This document shows positions 59,209 to 64,000 of a stretch of DNA of 64,000 nucleotides, in pieces. The translations under genes were made by a program, and so were the position numbers. The stretch is from Lachnospiraceae bacterium (GTDB taxonomy: Bacteria; Bacillota; Clostridia; Lachnospirales; Lachnospiraceae): the NCBI GenBank assembly GCA_045641365.1, contig JAZUGT010000077.1, forward strand, positions 26,493 to 90,492, written 5' to 3'. The notes below the pieces were generated by a model. That model worked only from the letters and a program-made list of their open reading frames with translations. It searched no databases and was not told the origin of the DNA. Within the stretch, counting starts at the first letter, position 1, and each line of letters starts with the position of its first letter.

Positions 59209-59919
59209 ATGATAGAACTTAAGAACATATCTTACGAAGTAGAAGATAATAAGGAGATACTGAAGGATATCAATCTGAAGATTGACGAGAGATTCGTGGC
59301 TATAACCGGACCTAATGGTGGTGGAAAGTCTACTCTTGCCAAGATAATTGCAGGTATAATCACACCTACATCCGGACAGATCATCCTGGATGGTGTAGAT
59401 ATTACGAATAAGACGATAACAGAGAGAGCCAACATGGGCATCAGTTATGCATTTCAGCAGCCCGTAAGATTCAAGGGCATGACTGTTAAGGATCTTCTGA
59501 CACTGGCAGCAGGCAAGCAGACATCTGTTAATGACGCCTGTGCAATTCTTTCAGAGGTTGGTCTCTGTGCAAGAGATTATATTGACAGGGAGGTCAACGC
59601 ATCTCTCTCAGGTGGCGAGCTTAAAAGAATCGAGATTGCCATGATAATCGCCAGAGGAACGAAGCTGTCCATATTCGATGAGCCAGAGGCGGGAATCGAC
59701 CTGTGGAGCTTCAACAGCCTTATCAAGGTATTCGAGAATATGTATGAGCAGAATAAGGGCTCAATACTTATTATCTCGCATCAGGAGCGAATCCTTGATA
59801 TTGCAGACAAGATAGTTGTAATTGCCGGCGGCAAGATGGCAAGTATCGGAAGCAAGGATGAGATACTTCCTGAGTTGTTAAGCGGTGCTGAGTACGGCAC
59901 GTGTGCAGTCCTTAAGTAA
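59209..59919 (+). CDS. sufC: SufC-like ABC ATPase (SUF minimal system type)
   Basis: GPNGGGKST, FQQP, LSGGELKRIE, FDEPEAGID, SH; adjacent to a SufBD gene. Confidence 0.8.
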   Translation: MIELKNISYEVEDNKEILKDINLKIDERFVAITGPNGGGKSTLAKIIAGIITPTSGQIILDGVDITNKTITERANMGISYAFQQPVRFKGMTVKDLLTLAAGKQTSVNDACAILSEVGLCARDYIDREVNASLSGGELKRIEIAMIIARGTKLSIFDEPEAGIDLWSFNSLIKVFENMYEQNKGSILIISHQERILDIADKIVVIAGGKMASIGSKDEILPELLSGAEYGTCAVLK

Positions 59920-59943
59920 GACTTATAGATTGGAGAGAAGACC

Positions 59944-60861
59944 ATGAATACAGTTGAACAGAATCTTCTGGCTGAGATCGCAGACATTCACTCAGTTCCG
60001 GAAGGTGCATACAATATTAGGAAAAACGGTGGACTTGAAGGTCGTAATACAACGGCCAATATAGACATAGTAACCAAGGAAGATCAGCCTGGTATAGATA
60101 TTATCATCGCGCCAGGTACTAAGAACGAGAGCGTTCATATTCCTGTCATTGTGTCTGAAAGCGGTCTCACGGATCTTGTATATAATGATTTCTATATAGG
60201 TGACGACGCAGATGTCACAATTGTAGCAGGCTGCGGAATACATAACTGCGGTGACCAGAATGCAGGTCATGACGGAATTCACACATTCCACATCGGTAAG
60301 AGAGCAAAGGTTAAGTACTTTGAGAAGCATGTAGGTGACGGCGACGGCAATGGCGAGAATATAATGAATCCTACGACGGTTGTTGAGATGGAAGAAGATT
60401 CCTACATGGAGATGGAGACAAGTCAGATTAGAGGCATAGATTCTACTAATCGTGTGACTAAGGGCAAGTTAGGAGACAGAGCAACACTTGTAATCCATGA
60501 GAAGATAATGACACATGGTAAGCAGGTGGCTACAACTGACTTCTCGGTAGACCTGGATGGTGAGGGCTCAAGTACTAATGTGGTATCGAGATCTGTTGCC
60601 AAGGATACTTCCTTCCAGAAGTTCCTCTCAGTAATTAACGGTAATAACAGATGCAACGGACATACAGAGTGCGATGCCATTATTATGGACAATGCCAAGG
60701 TGACAGCAATTCCGGAGCTCACAGCTGCCAACATAGATGCGGCACTCATTCATGAAGCCGCAATTGGTAAGATTGCAGGAGAACAGCTTATCAAGCTTAT
60801 GACACTAGGTCTTACTGAAGAGGAAGCTGAAGAGCAGATTGTTAATGGGTTCCTGAAGTAG
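59944..60861 (+). CDS. sufB: SufB/SufD-family Fe-S scaffold protein
   Basis: AGCG, beta-helix repeats, GHTECDAI, AIPEL, HEAAIGKI, LMTLGL.EEEA..IVNGFL. Confidence 0.85.
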   Translation: MNTVEQNLLAEIADIHSVPEGAYNIRKNGGLEGRNTTANIDIVTKEDQPGIDIIIAPGTKNESVHIPVIVSESGLTDLVYNDFYIGDDADVTIVAGCGIHNCGDQNAGHDGIHTFHIGKRAKVKYFEKHVGDGDGNGENIMNPTTVVEMEEDSYMEMETSQIRGIDSTNRVTKGKLGDRATLVIHEKIMTHGKQVATTDFSVDLDGEGSSTNVVSRSVAKDTSFQKFLSVINGNNRCNGHTECDAIIMDNAKVTAIPELTAANIDAALIHEAAIGKIAGEQLIKLMTLGLTEEEAEEQIVNGFLK

Positions 60862-60878
60862 GGTGATAGATAGGATTA

Positions 60879-62756
60879 TTGGGTATGAAGGATAAGAGGA
60901 GCATTCAGTTATTAGCGATACTGATGATTATGGGTATCGCCATAACTGCATGTGGTAAAAAGAACGAGGTTGACATAATACAGAAAGAGGAGACAACAGT
61001 AGAAGCCGTGGAAGAACAGCCAGCATATCAGGATGTTGTTCTTGAGATACCGGACTACGAGCTTGGCTCTAATGTTATTAAGTCAGGCGACATTTATTTT
61101 TTCATAAGCACAAGAGATGTATGCAGATATAACTCAGTTACGAAGGAGTATAAGGTGTTATATTCTGATAATACATCAGTAGAGGATCTGTACTGCAACA
61201 GTTCGGGCTCGGGGCTGCTTGTTAATGACAAGATATACTTCACGCAGGTTATTAACAATGAGGGAACTGAGAATACCAGCGATTGCCATACCACACTGTC
61301 AATGGTTGATATCAACGGCGAGGCTTACTCTGTTATTGATAAGTATCCTGAGATCATCAGTTTTAGGGGCGCAGGTTCACTGATGCTTAAGGATAATATG
61401 ATATATGTGGATGTCGAAGATTCCTTCTGCTATGAGCTTGATGACGAAGGTAATGTTACAATGATGATTTCTCCTGAGGAGGTTGAGGCGTATAAGGCTA
61501 TTCCGGAGGGATATACTATCTGCTCTTATAATGCTGGAGGTAACAAGTCTTTCTTCCCGGCATATACGATTGCTGAGGCGGGTGTCATAATCGCCCAGGA
61601 CAACGAGGTGTATGAGTCGCACTGTATCAATGTCACAACAGGTGAAGAGACAACTATTCCAGGGGCAATTATATCTTCATATGGAACGAAGATGCTTCTG
61701 AGTAATTACGAGGAAGAGTCGTATCTATATGGGATATTCGATATGAAGGACCTGTCGTATAAGAGTCTGCTTAAGAGTGATGAATATCTGGATATAGTTG
61801 ATATGGATGACACTAATGTATATTATGTTGAGCCCAGAGATGAAGAGGGATTTAAGGGCAATAATTACTGCAGTATAGCCATTTCCAATGGAGCCCGCAC
61901 TACGATTGGTTCATATGAGATGGAGAAGGATGCTCTTGACTATACACAGACAAGTGCATTTGCTATATCAGTTGATACCGTGAGGGGTGAATTGTATACC
62001 GTATGCTGTAGGGACTATGCCATGCACTATGGAATATATAATCTGGCAGCAGGGACAATGGAGGCGATGCCTGAACCTTACTTTGATTCGGGTATAGGTG
62101 ATATAGGAACACTTAGTACTACACATAAGCAGTACAAGGAAGATGATAGTAATCCGGACAGTCAGCTGCTGCTTACACTGGATACAAGAATCCTTAATAT
62201 AAAGTCTGAATACCCTGGTGCATCCAAGATTAATATGATCATGAATGAATATGCCAAGGGGCTTAAGGCGAATGCAGAGCGCAGCTACAAGGAGATTATC
62301 GCTGACGGAAATTATAAGGAAGAGTACTTCAGTCCTTACTCTATAGAGAATTCATTGATGAAGGTCACATATAATGAGGGAGATATTCTCTGCTTCATGC
62401 AGAGCGGATATGAGTACTTCGGCGGGGCACATGGTATGCCTTACTGGAGCTCATTTATATTCAATCTTCAGACTGGCAAGTCACTGGGACTTGGTGACAT
62501 TGTTGGGATTAGCGAAGAAAAGCTTAAGGAAGAAGTTGTGAAAGCCTTTAAGGAGCAGTGCTATGAAGGAGATGAAGACTCATATTGGGAGGATTCAGTC
62601 GACTCTGTAAAGCAGTATACTGACTTTACGATGGAAGATTTCTATCTTACAGAAGATGGAATAACATTCTATTATTCACCATATCTTCTTGCAAGCTATG
62701 CTATGGGATTTGTAGAGGTCCACGTTCCTTATGAGGACCTCGATGTTACATTGTAA
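60879..62756 (+). CDS. Lipoprotein with beta-rich N-terminal region and C-terminal DUF4163/DUF3298 (RsiV/PdaC-like) domain
   Basis: Lipobox ITAC; YEYFGGAHG, FNLQTG..LGDI, FYLTEDGITFYYSPYLLASYAMG. Confidence 0.75.
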   Translation: MGMKDKRSIQLLAILMIMGIAITACGKKNEVDIIQKEETTVEAVEEQPAYQDVVLEIPDYELGSNVIKSGDIYFFISTRDVCRYNSVTKEYKVLYSDNTSVEDLYCNSSGSGLLVNDKIYFTQVINNEGTENTSDCHTTLSMVDINGEAYSVIDKYPEIISFRGAGSLMLKDNMIYVDVEDSFCYELDDEGNVTMMISPEEVEAYKAIPEGYTICSYNAGGNKSFFPAYTIAEAGVIIAQDNEVYESHCINVTTGEETTIPGAIISSYGTKMLLSNYEEESYLYGIFDMKDLSYKSLLKSDEYLDIVDMDDTNVYYVEPRDEEGFKGNNYCSIAISNGARTTIGSYEMEKDALDYTQTSAFAISVDTVRGELYTVCCRDYAMHYGIYNLAAGTMEAMPEPYFDSGIGDIGTLSTTHKQYKEDDSNPDSQLLLTLDTRILNIKSEYPGASKINMIMNEYAKGLKANAERSYKEIIADGNYKEEYFSPYSIENSLMKVTYNEGDILCFMQSGYEYFGGAHGMPYWSSFIFNLQTGKSLGLGDIVGISEEKLKEEVVKAFKEQCYEGDEDSYWEDSVDSVKQYTDFTMEDFYLTEDGITFYYSPYLLASYAMGFVEVHVPYEDLDVTL

Positions 62757-63999
62757 TAACTGTTCTGTACTTTCCAGACACAGAATCTGCCTGGGGATCG
62801 TCCCTCTCAAGTGTAATTACCGGAGAGGCGATTCCTATGGTCTTAAGATAGGCTCTGAGTATCTTCTCTGTCCTGAAGAATGCGAGAGTCTTATCCATTC
62901 CCTTACTTCCTGATAATCTAAGAGATATGTGATTGCCTGGATGTATAAGGATCTGATATCTTCTAACTTCCGGAATCTGCGCAAATACAGCGTCAAGCTC
63001 ACTCATTGGTATGTTAATCGAGCGAATACCATCATTAAACACAGCCTGATCAACACTTCTGCCAAGAATCTCTATCCATGGAGATGGATTACCACATTCA
63101 CATATATCATCATGAAGGATGATTCTGTCATCCAGAGCATATCGAATTACTGGCGTTGTATAGTTCATCAGATTGGTAAGAAGAACCATATCTGAAGGTG
63201 TATTGTTGGCAACAGGATGTCCTTCGATATCAATTGGCTCGAGGATGATCCAGTCATCATTGATATGAAGGTGATGATGGTTGCACTCATATGCAATACA
63301 GCCGCCTTCTGCGCACGAATAAGAACTTATAACATCGCACTTGAAAGTGCTGTTAAGCTTACTACGCATCTCATCTGTAAGCGGCTCTCCGTCCGCAATT
63401 ATTCTCATTGGATTGATACTAAGTCGTCCAGCAGAGCGTTCGTCTGCCATTCTGCCAAGAGCAGATGGGAAACCGGCTATCACTGATGGCCTGAAAGCAC
63501 CTATCCTTGATGACAGGCTTGATGTACTGTCCTGTACCTGTAAAAGTAATGAGCGCTTCTTACGCATAGGTATATAACGCTTGCGCATTGAGGCGAACAC
63601 ATTAGGGAAGAAAGCGCCGCCGGAAGAGTACATACTTACATGTCTGGCGCCACTAAATATAAAGCGCCTATAGTCTGATCTGTCTGAAAAGCATCGTCTG
63701 ATGTATCCGGCACTCATGAGTCTGCCACAGTTCTCGTCTAATAGCATCGTGATGTCTGCACCGTCAGTTCCGCCACTTTTTACAAGATAATACCTGTCAA
63801 GGTACAGTCTGTCCTGGGTAGCATGTTCCTTAAGATGGGCGCCTGCTCCTTCAAGACTGGCTTCATCATCTGTAACCCATGCGTTGAAGTCGGACATCAG
63901 ATCTGCAGTGGTTGTAAGCGGTAGATTGTTGATTGTAAAGTTCTCAGGAATGTTAGCATAATGCTCTCGGTAGAACGCACTATGTTCCTTTGAGTACAT
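62746..63999 (-). CDS. Phenylacetate-CoA ligase / CapK-like adenylate-forming protein (may extend past window end)
   Basis: LPLTT, KSGGTDG, GFPS, DGEPL, YSCAEG, LTNL.N...PVIRY..DD, CECG, GRS. Confidence 0.78.
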   Translation of the reverse strand: MYSKEHSAFYREHYANIPENFTINNLPLTTTADLMSDFNAWVTDDEASLEGAGAHLKEHATQDRLYLDRYYLVKSGGTDGADITMLLDENCGRLMSAGYIRRCFSDRSDYRRFIFSGARHVSMYSSGGAFFPNVFASMRKRYIPMRKKRSLLLQVQDSTSSLSSRIGAFRPSVIAGFPSALGRMADERSAGRLSINPMRIIADGEPLTDEMRSKLNSTFKCDVISSYSCAEGGCIAYECNHHHLHINDDWIILEPIDIEGHPVANNTPSDMVLLTNLMNYTTPVIRYALDDRIILHDDICECGNPSPWIEILGRSVDQAVFNDGIRSINIPMSELDAVFAQIPEVRRYQILIHPGNHISLRLSGSKGMDKTLAFFRTEKILRAYLKTIGIASPVITLERDDPQADSVSGKYRTVITM

Positions 64000-64000
64000 A

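Overview
Core-chromosome segment of a motile low-GC Firmicute; the gene order and flagellin style suggest Lachnospiraceae (inference). From 1 to 23.7 kb it is mostly housekeeping: glgP, an aconitase-family hydratase, a GH9-like lipoprotein-ddl-murF-plsC-pyrCKD operon, ispE-gntR-DUF1934, a lipoprotein trigger-factor homologue, asnS, an NlpC/P60 hydrolase, trmB and tcdA. The intergenic spaces here are unusually rich in repeats: an 11-unit 51-bp array with two fixed boxes and two fixed-length spacers (14487-15054), a 17-bp array, a 7x7-bp array and several gene-boundary duplications. From 24 to 27.5 kb are two tandem flagellins with sigma28 promoters and CsrA-type leaders. From 27.6 to 52.9 kb is a 19-gene putative flagellin-glycosylation island with its own sigma28 promoter. 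It encodes methyltransferase-kinase and cytidylyltransferase-LicD fusions, a radical SAM enzyme, a DRE-TIM aldolase, two split transketolases (one lacking three conserved His), an IspD/reductase pair, and a small GxG Rossmann module repeated 8 times in 7 proteins. From 53 to 64 kb are a WaaL-like/GT4 fusion, a GT2, an EAL protein, a flavin reductase, a minimal SufC/SufB pair, a lipoprotein and a partial CapK/PaaK-like gene. I recognised no tRNA, rRNA, IS, prophage or CRISPR-Cas. All calls come from motif recognition by eye; no searches were run.
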